A DNA stretch of 63,435 nt, filler included, from Ministeria vibrans ATCC 50519 (taxonomy: Eukaryota > Protista > Filasterea), in assembly GCA_943704425.1 (NCBI GenBank). It is 4 parts of 4 records of this genome, joined end to end, with 100 filler letters (N's around TTAATTAATTAA, not from the genome) between each part and the next. Parts side by side here need not be neighbours in the genome. Positions count along the whole stretch, not along the records: positions 1 to 31,937 come from CALSCP010001633.1; 3 more parts are not named here. One strand, given 5' to 3'. Positions 9,878 through 22,500 of this stretch are shown one piece after another; positions within the stretch are counted from its first letter, which is position 1, and every line of letters begins with the position of its first letter. The notes beneath the pieces are model-generated. The model saw only the letters and a program-made list of their open reading frames with translations. It was not told where the DNA came from and searched no databases. The position numbers and the translations under genes were made by a program.

Positions 9878-11400
9878 ATGTCGCTCGTTCTCTACTTCGT
9901 TCTGGCTGCGTACGCTGCGGTCGTCTCGTCCCATCCCCTCACTGACTCAACCCTTGGGCTTAATGAGGTGGTGTGGCTGCCAGAGCACCAGGCGTTCGTC
10001 GGATCGCCGTCGCTTATTCGGCTCGACTCAGGTGTCATTCTTGCGAGCCACGACAAGTTCACCAGCGGCCCCAAACCCGTTTGTTCGTCTCCCGCCTATG
10101 ATAAACCCAACGCAACGAACGTGCCACATACACTTCTTAAGAGTCTGCCGGCCGCTGATCTTGGTAACGAGCTGGGACTTTTCAACAGCTTTCGTTTGTT
10201 TACTCGTCAAACTCGCACTCAGGCACCGTTTACGTCTACGAGAGTCGTGACAACGGCACCACATGGAGTGCGCTGTCGACTGTCCCCGGCTACTGGGCTG
10301 CCTTCTTTGTGAGTCCGTACGACGCTGGCGCCGTCTATCTGATGGGCACGACCAACAGCGACTCGCCAGCGCGAATCAGCCGCAGCACCGACCACGGCAA
10401 GACGTGGACGACCAAGGCGCTGTTTGGATCAACAGTCTTTGGTACAGGCCCCGTTCCCGTGGTGTTTACGGAAGCCGGATTTGCCTACCGCGCCATGGAG
10501 GTACTCTTTGTTTCTTGTTGTTTCTCTTCTGCGCCGTTGTGGCACTCCGCTCTCTCTCTCTCTATCACTTTGTTTCTTTCTCCTCTCTCTCTCTCTATCA
10601 CTTTGTTTCTTTCTCCTCTCTCTCTCTATCACTTTGTTTCTTTCTCCTCTCTCTCTATCACTTTGTTTCTTTCTCCTCTCTCTCTCTGAATTTATACACA
10701 CAGGTGGATCACAACCACGCAGCTCTTGTGTGGGCAGACGCGCGCGGAGGCAATTTGCTTGAGGCAGACTGGAAAATGAGCAACGCAGTGCCATTTGATC
10801 CACTGTGGTGGAATCACGGACCGTACTCGAACTCACTTTCTCCGACGCACGACTCACCCGCTTACTGGTCTATCGTGTAGAGGACATATCATTGAAGGAA
10901 ACGCAGTGCTCTCGCCCACCAACACGTCTGAAGTGTACAACATCTTGCGCATTGAGGCACTGCCCCAAGTGAACCAGGCTGTGTCGCTCGTGCTCGATAC
11001 CACCACGAACCATCTGCGTTTCGATCGCATCTTTGCGCTTCCCGGAGGCGCTTGCAAGTTTACAATCCGTCGCGATGCAGTCACGGGACTGTTTGTGACG
11101 CTGAGCAACAACGTGACGGACCTGTCGTGTCCCTCAATGCGCTGTGTTCTCACTCTTGCAGTCTCGTCAGATCTTTTTCACTGGCGCATCATTGAGACAC
11201 TGCTAACGGACGACACTGGAATGGAATGGGCCGATGTGCTGCGCTATGTGGGCTTCCACTATGTCGACTGGCAATTTGATGGTCCCGACCTGCTCTATGC
11301 CGTGCGCACGTCGTATCGTGGAGCCAATTCGTACCACAATGCGAACCGACTGACCGTCAAGAGAGTGCCCAATTGGCGTCAGCTGTTGAATGGAGAATGA
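9878..11400 (+). CDS. Secreted BNR/Asp-box beta-propeller (sialidase-like glycoside hydrolase); exons 9878-10078, 10142-10163, 10223-10500, 10704-10822, 10881-11400
   Basis: Signal peptide; Asp-boxes ESRDNGTTW, RSTDHGKTW and VSSDLFHW; motifs GSPSL, IEGNAV, LPGGACKF, GFHYVDWQFDG and ANSYHNAN. Splice phases are consistent, including a 22-nt micro-exon. Confidence 0.8.
10548..10687 (+). repeat. Intronic minisatellite (TCTCTATCACTTTGTTTCTTTC units)
   Basis: Four copies within intron 10501-10703; the same unit occurs in many other introns. Confidence 0.9.
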
Positions 11401-11410
11401 AAAACAATTT

Positions 11411-12253
11411 TCACTGACTGCCTCGCCACGATGCGCTCTTGTTGTTACAGTCGCGCTTGCCCCGGTCGGACGCCACAAAGGCAGCAACCTTGGGCAGAGC
11501 CCCGACCGCAGCGTAGTGACGCTGGATGTTGGCGTGCTCGCTGACAATGCCGGGTGAGTACAGCTCCAGCTGCGCACACAGCTCGAACAGCACAAAGTCA
11601 ACGCACACCAGCGCAGCGCCCGTCAGGAACGCCTTGTCGCCTAGGTAGGCGTCAAACGCCTTGAGGTGCGCATGTGCTTTGGCAATGAGTCCCGCCTACA
11701 GAGAGAAAGGAGGGAGAAACGAACAAGAGAGTGAGAAAGGAGGGAGAAAAGAACAAAGACGTGATCAGGGCATGAAGAAGAATCATGACGAATATAACAA
11801 TCCCCATTTCCACCTTCAGCTCGTCCGTCGGCGACGACGAGTAAAAGACGTTGACCATGGCGTTGCGCAGGTCCATAAGCTGGTCGGCCAGCATGTGGAC
11901 AACGGCTCGCTCGGCGTCTGTGCTTCCGGCAAGACCCGTTTTACTGCCAAGGTACATCAAAATGGCATTGGACTGCGTCAGCTTCACATCGCCATCAATC
12001 ACGTAGGGCAAGTTGGGAAAGTCCAGCCCCAGCGTGTACTTGACATCGGACCACTCCTTGCGCGTCAGATCGTCAGCCTAGACGCACACAGTGACAAAGT
12101 GAACAATAATTTGCGAAACCGCAGAATCGACAAACTTGTCCAAACCTGAGTGTACACACGATCCTCGTAGTCGACGCCAGCATGTTCCAGGATCATGCGC
12201 AATGCATTTGCAAGTCCGCGGATGTTCCAGTACGCAAGGATCAATTTGGTCAT
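11411..12253 (-). CDS. Mu-class-like glutathione S-transferase (218 aa); exons 12253-12146, 12077-11814, 11695-11411
   Basis: LAYWNIRGLA, LGLDFPNLPYVIDGDVKLTQSNAIL and DFVLFEL motifs. Confidence 0.92.
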
Positions 12254-12358
12254 GATGAAGAGAAGAGGGCAAAAAAAAAGAGACTAAACAACCAAATAGC
12301 GATCGCTGCATTCGCGTCATTCGCTTAGTGTTGATCATATGGGCGTGTGTATTTTGCC

Positions 12359-12540
12359 TCAAACGGTGTCCAAAGGGACCATTTTAAAAAGGGTCGGCAC
12401 AAAGGCGCCAGTCGCAGTCGCAGCAGCACCTCCCTCCTTCTCCTTCTCCTTCCAGTTCACTCCCAATGCCTCCAATTTCTGCTCGCGTTCCCGCGTCATT
12501 TTACCTGTTCTCTTATCACTGCGCTGGCGGGTTAACCAAC

Positions 12541-12634
<94 letters not shown>

Positions 12635-13876
12635 AAAGTGGTAGAGAGAGGGAGAGAGGAAGAAACAAAGTGATTGAGAGAGAGAGAGAGAAAAGAAACA
12701 AAGTGAGAGAAAAGAAACAAAGTGAGAGGAGAAAGAAACAAAGTGAGAGGANNNNNNNNNNNNNNNNNNNNNNNNNNNNNNNNNNNNNNNNNNNNNNNNN
12801 NNNNNNNNNNNNNNNNNNNNNNNNNNNNNAGTGAGAGAGAGGAGAAAAAAACAACGCATGCACAAAAATACACACACAACTTACCTAGCCAATTTCTCAT
12901 TCTGGTCCCACTTGACAGGCACATCGCAATGGCCAAATCGCTTCTTAAAGGCACACAGTTCGTCATAGCGACGCTCCCACAGGGGCACCACAGCCGCCTC
13001 CCACGCCACTCCCAGACTGTTGAGCCGATCAATCCGATCCGCACTCAGTTTCTTGGCCTTGTAGTCACGACGCTATATGAACACAGAGTGTGAAGATATG
13101 ACAGACAGCACACACACACCTGGCGAAAAGAGACGAATACGATTGCAGATCACACTCATACACAACCACAAGGAGAGAGTAAGAGTGACAAACAATGGAA
13201 GTTGGACACGCACAAGAGAGTCGCACACAAGAGAGCACGACACATAAGAAAAGCACGACATATAAGAAAGCACGACACATGCACCACAGACACAATAAGC
13301 ACAATAGTGCAAACACACCACATACACACACACCACACGCATACTTGGCGGTCCACCCAGGCACTGAGCTTTGGGTTTGCAGCGGACGACACGGTTGGGT
13401 CTCCTCCATTGGCTCGCGCGTGCTTCTCAAGCTCATTAAACGTGTCGTCCCACATCAGCGACACGTGGTTCTTGAATTGGAATCCCACACTCGACAGTTT
13501 CTCTTGTCGCTCTATATCAAAAAAAAACACAAAGTCAATCACAAAATTCTCTCTCTATCACTTTGCTCTCTCGTTTGGATCTTTAACCCTCCAAACTCTC
13601 TCTCTCTGACCTTTATCGAGTTTTCCCGCTGCACAGTCAGTCCTCTGCTGTGCAACCCACTTGCCCAGCAGTGGATTCGGTTCCCATCCTCGTGGTACGT
13701 TGCAATTTCCATGTTCCTTTGTCAAAAAAAAGAAGAAATTAACACACATCAGAGCGAACCGTTCTACTCTTACTTCTTTGTACGCACACATTTCTTGGAA
13801 CCTTCGCTCCCAACCCGCTCCCGGAAGAACCGCTTGATGTACAGACCTACATACATACCCCACCCCACCGCCCAAA

Positions 13877-13910
<34 letters not shown>

Positions 13911-14586
13911 GTGCAAAACATACAAGACGTCATCTCAGTACTCACAATAATAATTATAATAAGTATGTCGTACGTGTTGTCAACTTTCCATTCAAATCCC
14001 ATCGATTCCAGTCGCAATCCGCGCTCAACCGGTAACTGGTCCGCCGTGTACAGCTTCCGCTGGTCTCGCACCCACGTTGCCAACTGTGAGTTCTCCGACC
14101 AGTGTCGCGGTACGCTGGTGTGTCCAAATCGCCTACAGAAGCAAAAGCAAAAGGCGTCACAAACACCCCCCTCACAAGAATGCAATAAAATACGTTTTGA
14201 AGGAATGCAGCTTCTCAAGCCACGCCGACCACTCCCGCTCCTCGTCATCGTTCTCGTCAACTGCAGACTCCACAATGAGCGCGTCGTTGGCATTGCCAAC
14301 AGTCGCAGGACCGGCCGAGACAGCAGCAAGGGCTTCGGCAAGTCTTCGCGCCTTTTCCGTCATTTGCTCGCGCGCAAGCACTGACTCGGCCGGCGTAAGG
14401 CCGTCGTCCTCAAACAGAAATGCATGTTCGCCCTTTTGGAAGGCGGCGAGGCGGGCTGGCGCAACAGCGTAGCCGTGAGTGCCGGGCACAAAAGAGGCGG
14501 AGCACCGACCGTTGACACAAAAGAGATCCAACGTATTCGCTTCAGAGTCGTGCACAGCAGGGCCCTACACTCACAAGGAGAGAGAA

Positions 14587-14617
<31 letters not shown>

Positions 14618-14818
14618 CGGGGAGAAGCCACGGCAAACGATGAGTCGAGGTGAGGTCAGTGGGTGCAGACGGTCAAGAGTGACTTCATATATATATATAC
14701 ATACCTGGCAAGTCGCGCAAAGTTCGCCTGCCGAACCTGGCGAAAAGCGAGGTATTAGCGACACTTGAGCAACCACGGCATTCAGCTGGGCAGTGCCCTC
14801 AGCAGAAACGGTGGTCAT
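12359..14818 (-). CDS. Helicase-associated (HA) domain repeat protein with 4 HA repeats and no helicase; multi-exon, one intron contains an N-gap
   Basis: Four W..(F/L/Y)..L..(F/Y)K..(F/H)G...VP......L..WV..QR......L....L..(L/M/V)G..W units after splicing. Confidence 0.8.
12543..12751. repeat. (AG)n microsatellite plus GAAACAAAGTGA(TA)GAGA minisatellite, ending at an N-gap
   Basis: Read directly from the sequence. Confidence 0.9.
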
Positions 14819-15112
14819 AGCACAAAATAATATGAGAATACTAAATAATATTATTCAACTTGTGAGTTGACTATTGACTAATGAGTTCAGCTGCTTTCCA
14901 TCAATAAGATGTATCACTGCGCTTAAAAACCTGAAAAGCCTCAAAACTCCACTCTAAGTTCTAACGTACAAGATACTAATTTCTAAGCAAGGCAGCTGTG
15001 TTGACAGGTTTGCGGCCAAACTGTGAAACCGAACAAAGAACTCACGTTTAAGTGTCACAGAGAGAAAACAAAACATCAGTTTCAGTTTCACTAGCTGTAG
15101 TGCTCACATTCG

Positions 15113-16907
15113 TCAATCCTTCTTGACCTTCTTTTTCTTAGAACAACTACAACACCAACACCAACAACAACAGCGAGCGCCGCAGAAAGAAACAAAGAGC
15201 GTCACGAGCACAGTAAGCGCACAAAACATGGCAATCAGGTCAAGATTGAGACGCTGCACAATGGGCCAGTCAAAGTTGACGGGACGCAAATGTCGCGTGC
15301 CAATGTTCGCCGCCTCCTGCACAATATCAGCCGCACGCTTGACGCCACCCGCACGGCGCGCCAAGTGGCGATGGCGCGCCATGTTACCCACTAGTCGTGC
15401 GTACTCGTGCGCCTCCAACGTCTTCTCTAGTGTCTCCACCAGTGTTGGGGCTGTGATGGGAAAGGGCGATGCATGTCCCACACCCGCATAGTCCAACAGG
15501 TGTGCCTTGCCCATCTGGTCCGCCAATGCCGCCGCACCTACCATAGGAAGACCCGCAGCAATCGCTTCAAACGGCGACGACTGTCCACAGTGCGTCAAAA
15601 ACACACGCACTCGCGGATGGGCCATTGCCGCCATCAGCGACGGTCTCAACCAGGTCACAATGCGCAGGTTGGGGATGGTACTGGCGTCCACCCCCGCCTT
15701 GGCCAAATCCTCCTGTTGCCACTCTGGCATCCGCCACAGCACGCGCATCCGCAGTGTCGATCGTGACCCGCCCTCTCCGTCGCCATTAAGCAGACGCACG
15801 GCCTTGACCATTTCCAGCATGCGCGATAACGGTAGAAACCCGCTCGAGCCAAAGCTCACCAGCGCCACTCCATCGTCCGTTGCATTGCCCTCAACAAACG
15901 CCCGTGTGTCTGCATCGAGTTGCTTCCAGCTGCCCGCGTCAAACTCGTCCTCGGGAAGGGGAATGGGACCAACGTAAAAGTGATTAGAGGGGACAGCGTG
16001 GGGCCACATGAAGCCAATGTAAGTCGGATGAATCACAATGCCGCTTTCAAGAAAATCTTGAACTCCGGTGTAGGTCAAGCCCACGGTCGCAAAGAGCGCT
16101 TCCAGCTCAAAAACGTACCGGCCCACAAGGTCAAAGTTGATCAAAAGTACATTCTCAAGCCAGCGACCCAAACGCAGCCAGGGAGAGCGCAGTTCGTCAG
16201 CCGAGCGGGTCGTCAGACCCCCTGGCGTTGAAAGGTCCATCATCATTGTCGGCTAAACAAGCAAAAAGAAGAAAAAAAATCAAAAGAAAAACAATAAGTC
16301 AACACTCAACAGCAACCACTTAGAAGTTAGACGTTAGAAGACGTGACGTCAGCGATAAAAGCACACTCAAGGAGGAGAGGTGATGAAAAAGTTTTAACGC
16401 CAAAACAAACATTACCAAGAGCGGATGATTGAGCACGATGGGGATGCCGGCCGCTTTTGCTGCAACGCCAACTGAATTCGAGGTGGAATCAATGTAAACC
16501 ACGTCGGGTTTGAACTTGGCAATCTGCTCTTTTGCGTCGTGGTACACAACAGAAAAATTCTTGTACATGATCTGGCCAAAGGCAAGCTTGCCAAAGCCCA
16601 CCTGGTCGTTCATTTCAGCCAGCCGGCTCGCATTGGTGCAGAATGCACGTTCAAACTCCCGCGTGTACGAGTCGCCGCGCATCACGTGCGTCGGAATGCC
16701 TTTGAGAAGGCGTTCGTTGGTGTACGCGTCGGGTGCCAGCCACAAAACGTCTTCGCCACGAGCAATCAGCTCACGTGCAGTCGGTGCCAACGTCTGAACA
16801 TGCCCCAGCATTCCAAAGCACGACATGAGAATGCGCCGTGGGCGAACAGGTGCCTCGTCGGCGCGACAGAGCAAAGCGAACGCCACAACAACACACACAA
16901 TCAACAT
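15113..16907 (-). CDS. ER-type UDP-glycosyltransferase (GT1/UGT); exons 16907-16416 and 16252-15113
   Basis: Signal peptide, catalytic His (MLGHV), signature WLRPSLMAAMAHPRVRVFLTHCGQSSPFEAIAAGLPMV...ADQ, C-terminal TM and dilysine tail KKKKVKKD. Confidence 0.92.
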
Positions 16908-16954
16908 GAAAAATTTGTTTTAGTTTTAGTTTTATTCTCTTTCTTTTTATATAT

Positions 16955-18256
16955 ATGCACTCAAATGGACATGCCCGAATCACCGCCTTTATTGTTTTGG
17001 TTGCGATAACGCTCTTCCTTGGATCTCTGACATATCTGCGAGGGTCCTTTTTCACCCGATCCGTTTCGACTCTCTCTGCCATCACTGACTCGACCCACAC
17101 CAACGAAATCACCCGCATTCCCACCCCACCGCCCTCCTCACACTGTTACCTCATGCCTGCCTGCGATGTTCGGTCGTCAACGACGACGACTCTCTTTGAA
17201 GAATCGCTCAGTGAATCTCTCAGTGTCAAACCTTGCGGCCAACTTGTGAACTCTTCGCATACGCTCAAATGGCAACAAAAACGCTCGAAACTGGACAAGT
17301 GCGGTAGTGGTGGTGGAAACATCGGGAGCACCAGCATGGTCGGTGGCCAGTGGCGCTTGCCGTGCCGTCCAGACACCTGTGCGCCAGTATCAGCCACCTA
17401 TTCCGTGCCGCACTTTGAAGAGGTCCAACGCGATCACGAAAGACTCGAAAGGTCGCTCGTGTGCGACTGGACGCGCGCCGTGTGGGAGCCCGAACAGTGT
17501 GTGCTGGAGCATGACCGTCGTCCGCACGAAATGAGGCGATGTAGTCGCGAGATGCACAACGTCGCAGCCGTTTTCGTCTGGGGCGACTCCACCGTGCGCG
17601 GTGCTCTCAATGGCCTCCTCTCCTTCCTCAACGTCACTCTCACCGAGAAACGACTTAAAACTCAGGCTGTCTGGCAACCTCACGAGCACCCCACTTTGCC
17701 CTGGCCCTTGCTTCACTTCGCCTATCAACATTTGCACACGTCAACGCAGCTCTCAGACTTTCCCCGCCCCGATTTCGGCATCGACTTTGCCGCGATCGTT
17801 CTCGACGCAGCACGCACCAACCGCACCGTCATTGTGGTGTTTGGCGGCGCGGGTTCCACCTGGTACACTCCCAGCATGCTTACGCAAGTACGTCCGCGCC
17901 TGCAAGCCATGTACCCATCACTCAACTCCACTCAACTGCTGCACCACACACTCCGCTTCGTCTTCAAGTCTCCTCAGTTCAGCGCCACCTTCCACGCCCT
18001 GTCCACCCCCACCGCACGCACCGCCTACCTTGCCTCCCTTCACGCAACCCAACAGCAAGCGTATCACGAGCAGATGATCTACATGGACTCGTGGAACATC
18101 ACCGCACCCGTCTGGCCTATGGCGCGCCCCTTCAACACCAATTGCTTTTGCCACACCTTCACTCGTCTTGCTCCTCACGACTCCCGCATCTGGGGACCCG
18201 TCAACGAATGGCGCGCTCTCATGCTCGAACGCGCCCTCTGCGTCGCCTCGGCATAA
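16955..18256 (+). CDS. Type II membrane PC-esterase/SGNH-like protein (CPED1/NXPE/TBL-like glycan acyl-esterase or transferase)
   Basis: N-terminal TM anchor, W.P..C motif, VFVWGDSTVRG (GDS) and C-terminal CFCH; intronless 433 aa. Confidence 0.7.
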   Translation: MHSNGHARITAFIVLVAITLFLGSLTYLRGSFFTRSVSTLSAITDSTHTNEITRIPTPPPSSHCYLMPACDVRSSTTTTLFEESLSESLSVKPCGQLVNSSHTLKWQQKRSKLDKCGSGGGNIGSTSMVGGQWRLPCRPDTCAPVSATYSVPHFEEVQRDHERLERSLVCDWTRAVWEPEQCVLEHDRRPHEMRRCSREMHNVAAVFVWGDSTVRGALNGLLSFLNVTLTEKRLKTQAVWQPHEHPTLPWPLLHFAYQHLHTSTQLSDFPRPDFGIDFAAIVLDAARTNRTVIVVFGGAGSTWYTPSMLTQVRPRLQAMYPSLNSTQLLHHTLRFVFKSPQFSATFHALSTPTARTAYLASLHATQQQAYHEQMIYMDSWNITAPVWPMARPFNTNCFCHTFTRLAPHDSRIWGPVNEWRALMLERALCVASA

Positions 18257-18343
18257 TTATGTAAAATTGCAGAGTAAAATTGTCATTACTGCTAGTATTA
18301 TTACTATTATTAGTAAAATGTTGTGTATAGAGTAGTGTTACAT

Positions 18344-19336
18344 TTAGGCCTGAAATCGTGAATCGCCCGTTGAAAAGCGATTTGAAAGATCTCTTTGAGC
18401 GAGTTTGCTGCGCTCAATCTCGTTCACCTTGGGTCCAATGGACAGGTCGCGGTCGCGGTCCCACGCGCGATACGTCGACGCTCCCTCAGCCTTGTCGCGT
18501 GCCTTCTTGTCCGCAAGCTCCTTTGTGTGCTGCGCCAGAAGCGACTCGGTGCGCGCCGACGCATTGTACGCGTCCACCTGCGCCTCCAGGGCCCTTTGCT
18601 TCTTGCTTTTCTTCTTCTTTTGAACGTCTTTGGCCGCCTCAATCTCTTGCTTGGCTCGGTAGGCTGGATCCGACTCGCGTAGCTCTCGTTCACGTCGTGC
18701 CTCGGGCGACTCCGTCCACACACCTCGTTCGCCCATCTCCAGCGCCGCCTTACGAAAGGTCCGCGGTGCAAGCGCATCAATGCGACCCTCCTTTGGCAGC
18801 TCCAGCATCCATGTCTCTCGCTTCTTCTTGCCATCGTCCGCGTTGGCCAGACGTTCGCGCTCTCGCTCAATCATCGACTGCATTGCAGGATTGTAGTCGG
18901 CAAACGCGCGTTGCTCGTCTTCCGTCGGCGGCAACGGCCCCACGTCCTCGTGATCATACTCATCATCATCGTCGTCGTCATCGTCGTCGTCGTCGTCTTG
19001 CGGCGGGGGCAGTGCTGGGCCAAGAATCCGTCGCTTTTTGATCGGCTGTGCACTGTCGTCGTGATCTTTGGCGTTGTCGTCCTTGCCGTCGTCGTCCGAC
19101 CTTCGTCGCCGAAACCCAGGGGGTAATGCAGGTCCGGCAACCATGCTAGGGGGCAAGGAGGGAGCGGCGCCGGCTGGTTGCAAGTGAGGCGGGAGTGCTG
19201 GACCAGCAACTTGCGGGGGCAATGCAGGGCCCGCTGTGGGGCCAACGCTGCTCTGGGTGGCTGAAGATGATGGGTTGGGTGAACTCGAACGCGATCGGGG
19301 ACGAAAGCCCGGAGGAAGCGAAGGGCCAAAGCTCAT
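18344..19336 (-). CDS. GPALPP1: GPALPP motif-containing protein 1 (DUF3752)
   Basis: Repeated GPALPP motifs, RETWMLELP, WTESP, SLL..H, WDRDRDL and L..RFS.G. Confidence 0.9.
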   Translation of the reverse strand: MSFGPSLPPGFRPRSRSSSPNPSSSATQSSVGPTAGPALPPQVAGPALPPHLQPAGAAPSLPPSMVAGPALPPGFRRRRSDDDGKDDNAKDHDDSAQPIKKRRILGPALPPPQDDDDDDDDDDDDEYDHEDVGPLPPTEDEQRAFADYNPAMQSMIERERERLANADDGKKKRETWMLELPKEGRIDALAPRTFRKAALEMGERGVWTESPEARRERELRESDPAYRAKQEIEAAKDVQKKKKSKKQRALEAQVDAYNASARTESLLAQHTKELADKKARDKAEGASTYRAWDRDRDLSIGPKVNEIERSKLAQRDLSNRFSTGDSRFQA

Positions 19337-19386
19337 TTCAAAAAGTGTGAATAATAAGAATTATAAGACAAAATTATTATTAATAC

Positions 19387-19430
19387 AATAGAGAATCGAG
19401 AGCTGTACTCAATGTCAAAACAAGACAATC
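19387..19430. mobile_element. Short copy of the dispersed AATAGAGAAT...GTACTCAATGTCAAA element
   Basis: Matches the AT-microsatellite-adjacent end of the copies at 48156 and 63152. Confidence 0.55.
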
Positions 19431-19540
19431 ATAAATATAATTATAATAATTATTAATGTTTAAAATATAATAATAATTATTACTGTTATTATTATTATGG
19501 TTGTGTATTAAGAGCAAACTAATGCAAAAAATAATTCTGG

Positions 19541-22500
19541 TTACAGGTGGACAGACAAATTGCGAGAGAGACGCGTCGGCTGGGTACCGGTGCCTGTGGA
19601 GGAAGGCGCAAGGTCGCCCAGCTGATCGACAGTGTCGTCTTCGTCGTACCCCGCGGTGTTCTCGGGGACAAAGAGAGGGTTCACCACGACGTCGTCGAGG
19701 CCGAGGTCGTTGGTGGTGCCCCCGCTGGGGTTGGACTGCGACAGCACGCCGAGAAAGTCGGCAGGTGACAAGTGCTCCTCCGTCGTGAAACTGCTGCTTC
19801 GCGACGGGTTCATGACCTCATTGTTGTTGAAGGAGTCGACGGGGAAGAACTCGTTGAGAATGTTGCGCGTCGCACGTTGCTTCTTCCATTGTACCACACC
19901 AAAGACAACGGCAATGAGCAGTACAATGACCACAACGCCCACAACGCCTCCAATGATGCCGATGCTCATGCCCCCGCTGTTGCCCTGGCTGCCCGTCGCC
20001 GTGGACGCCGCCGTGGCCGAGACAAACGTCATTGTCCCACCCACGGCCGCAACAATGCTTGCCTGTGCCGCCGTGACACTATCGGCCACAATGGTTCCCA
20101 TCACAGGCGCACTACCGTCGTTCTCGTTTACCACATACGTGACACGCACTCGCCCATTGGACAGCGCTACAATCGACAGGTATGTCACATCGGCACCCGA
20201 CACGGGCGTCGGCGCCGCCGCACGGCGACGCACCGACGCTGTCGTGTTGTCGCGGTACGTATTGACAGCGTTTGCAATGGCATCCGACAGTGCCGTCTCG
20301 TGGTCCATCACACCGTTTGTCGTCGCACTACCCAGAATCATCAGCACACTGTTGGTCGACTCTTCCGAAGTCGGCACAAACCCATTGCATGCGTCCACCG
20401 CATCCTCCACCAACGTGTAGCCAAAGACGCACTGGCTGCACTGCGAGTTACTCGCCGACGTACACGTCAGCTTCGTCGAGCGACAGTTGGCAATGGCGGT
20501 GCACGGTACACATACGCCTCCGCTTAGGAAGTAGCCCTGGCCACACGCCGCGCACACCGCGTCCGTCGTGCCTGCACACGTCGTGAGCGTCGTGCAGCCG
20601 GTGAAGTCGCTCAGAGTGCTGCACGCGGTGCATCCTAAAGCATCGCCGTAAAAGTTGGTCGCGCAGGTGCACGTGTATGCATGCACGCTGTCCGCACACG
20701 TGTTGGCTGCATCGCCACACGGCGACGACGCACACTCGTCAATGTCCACGGCGCAGTCAGAGCCGCCAAAGCCCTGCGCACACGTGCACGTAAATGACCC
20801 CACGGACTGGGTGCACGTCGCGCCGTTGGTGCACGGCGACGACGCACACTCGTCAATGTCTGTCTCGCATGTCACACCCGCATAGCCCGTCACACATGAA
20901 CACGTAAAGCTGTCAATGCCATCGGTGCACGCTGCTCCGTTTAAGCACGCACCGGATGCACACTCGTCCACGTCAGTCGCACAATCGTCGCCCATAAACC
21001 CAGACGCACACAAACACACGTGGCCATTGAGACCATCCACACAGGTGGCGCCGTTGGTGCAAGGACTCGACACACACTCGTCAATATCTGACTCACATGT
21101 CACGCCCGTCGTGCCGGCCACACACGCACACGAAAAAGCATTGGGAAGATCCAAACACGTTGCACCATTCTCGCATGGACTCGACACACACTCGTTCAGG
21201 TCGTCGGCGCACAACGTCCCGTCAAATCCACTGCCACACACACACGAAAAGCCGCCGGACCCGTCCACACAGGTGGCCGTGCCATGACACGGCGTCGAGG
21301 CACACTCGTCTACGTCCGTCTCGCATCGTGTGCCCGCGAAACCGGGCGCACAAGTACACGTGAACGTGTTGATAGCCTGCTGGCAGTTGGTCGCGCCGTT
21401 GGAGCACGGCGACGACGCACACTCGTCAATGTCCTCCTGGCATCGATCGCCCGTAAATCCTGGAAGACACGCACACGAGTAGGCATTGAGAGCATCGCCA
21501 CAGGTTGCTCCATTCAGGCACGGATTTGACGCACAGTCGTTGAAGTTGGTCTGGCACCGTGTGCCCTGGTAGCCAGCAACACACGCACACTGGTACGAGT
21601 TGATTCGGTCGAGGCAAGTGCCGCCATTTTGGCAAGGTGCCGAAACACACTCGTCAATGTTGTTTTTGCAGGTGAGGCCGGTGTAGCCGGCGACACACGT
21701 GCACGTGTAGCCTGCAAGGCTGTCCGTACAGGTGCCGCCAAATTCACAAGGATTCGACAGACATTCGTTGATTGCCGACTCGCACACGGTGCCGGTAAAT
21801 CCATCGGCACAGGTGCACGTGAAGCCGTTGGTCACGTCGGCACAGGTGGCGCCGTTGGAGCACGGAGAAGAGGCACACTCGTCGACGTTGCTCGTACATG
21901 TTGGATCGAACAGACCGGCAGGACATTCGCAACTAAAGGCGTCAACCAAGTCGGTACAGGTGCCACCGCCGGCACACGGGTTAGGCGCACAATCGTCAAT
22001 GTTTGTCTCGCACAAGGTGCCGGTGAAACCGGCGACACAGACACACGAGTAGGACGCAACCTCGTCGTTGCAAACAGCCCCATTCTGGCACGGCGTGCTC
22101 GCACACTCGTTGACGTTGACAGCACACGTGTCGCCCACATAGCCAGCGGCACAGTCGCACGTAAACTTGTCAATGCCGTCGTTGCATGTGCCGCCATTGT
22201 CGCACGGCGACGAGGCGCACTCGTCAAGCTCCGAGGCACAGTCGGAGCCGGTAAAGCCGCTGGGACACAGGCACGAGTACACGTTGGGCAACACGCCCAC
22301 AGTAAGCGTACCCGTCATGGTGGTGGGGTGCACCGTGCACTGGAAGGTGACCGATCCAAGCGCGGTGACCCGCTGCTCAAAAACGCCACCCGACGGCGAC
22401 ATGAAGCCCGAGTCAAACGACTGTGTACTGCCCGCCGTCGTTGTGACAGTGTGCGTCGCGCCATCGGTGGCAGTCCAGCGCACAAGGTCGCCCTGGTGCA

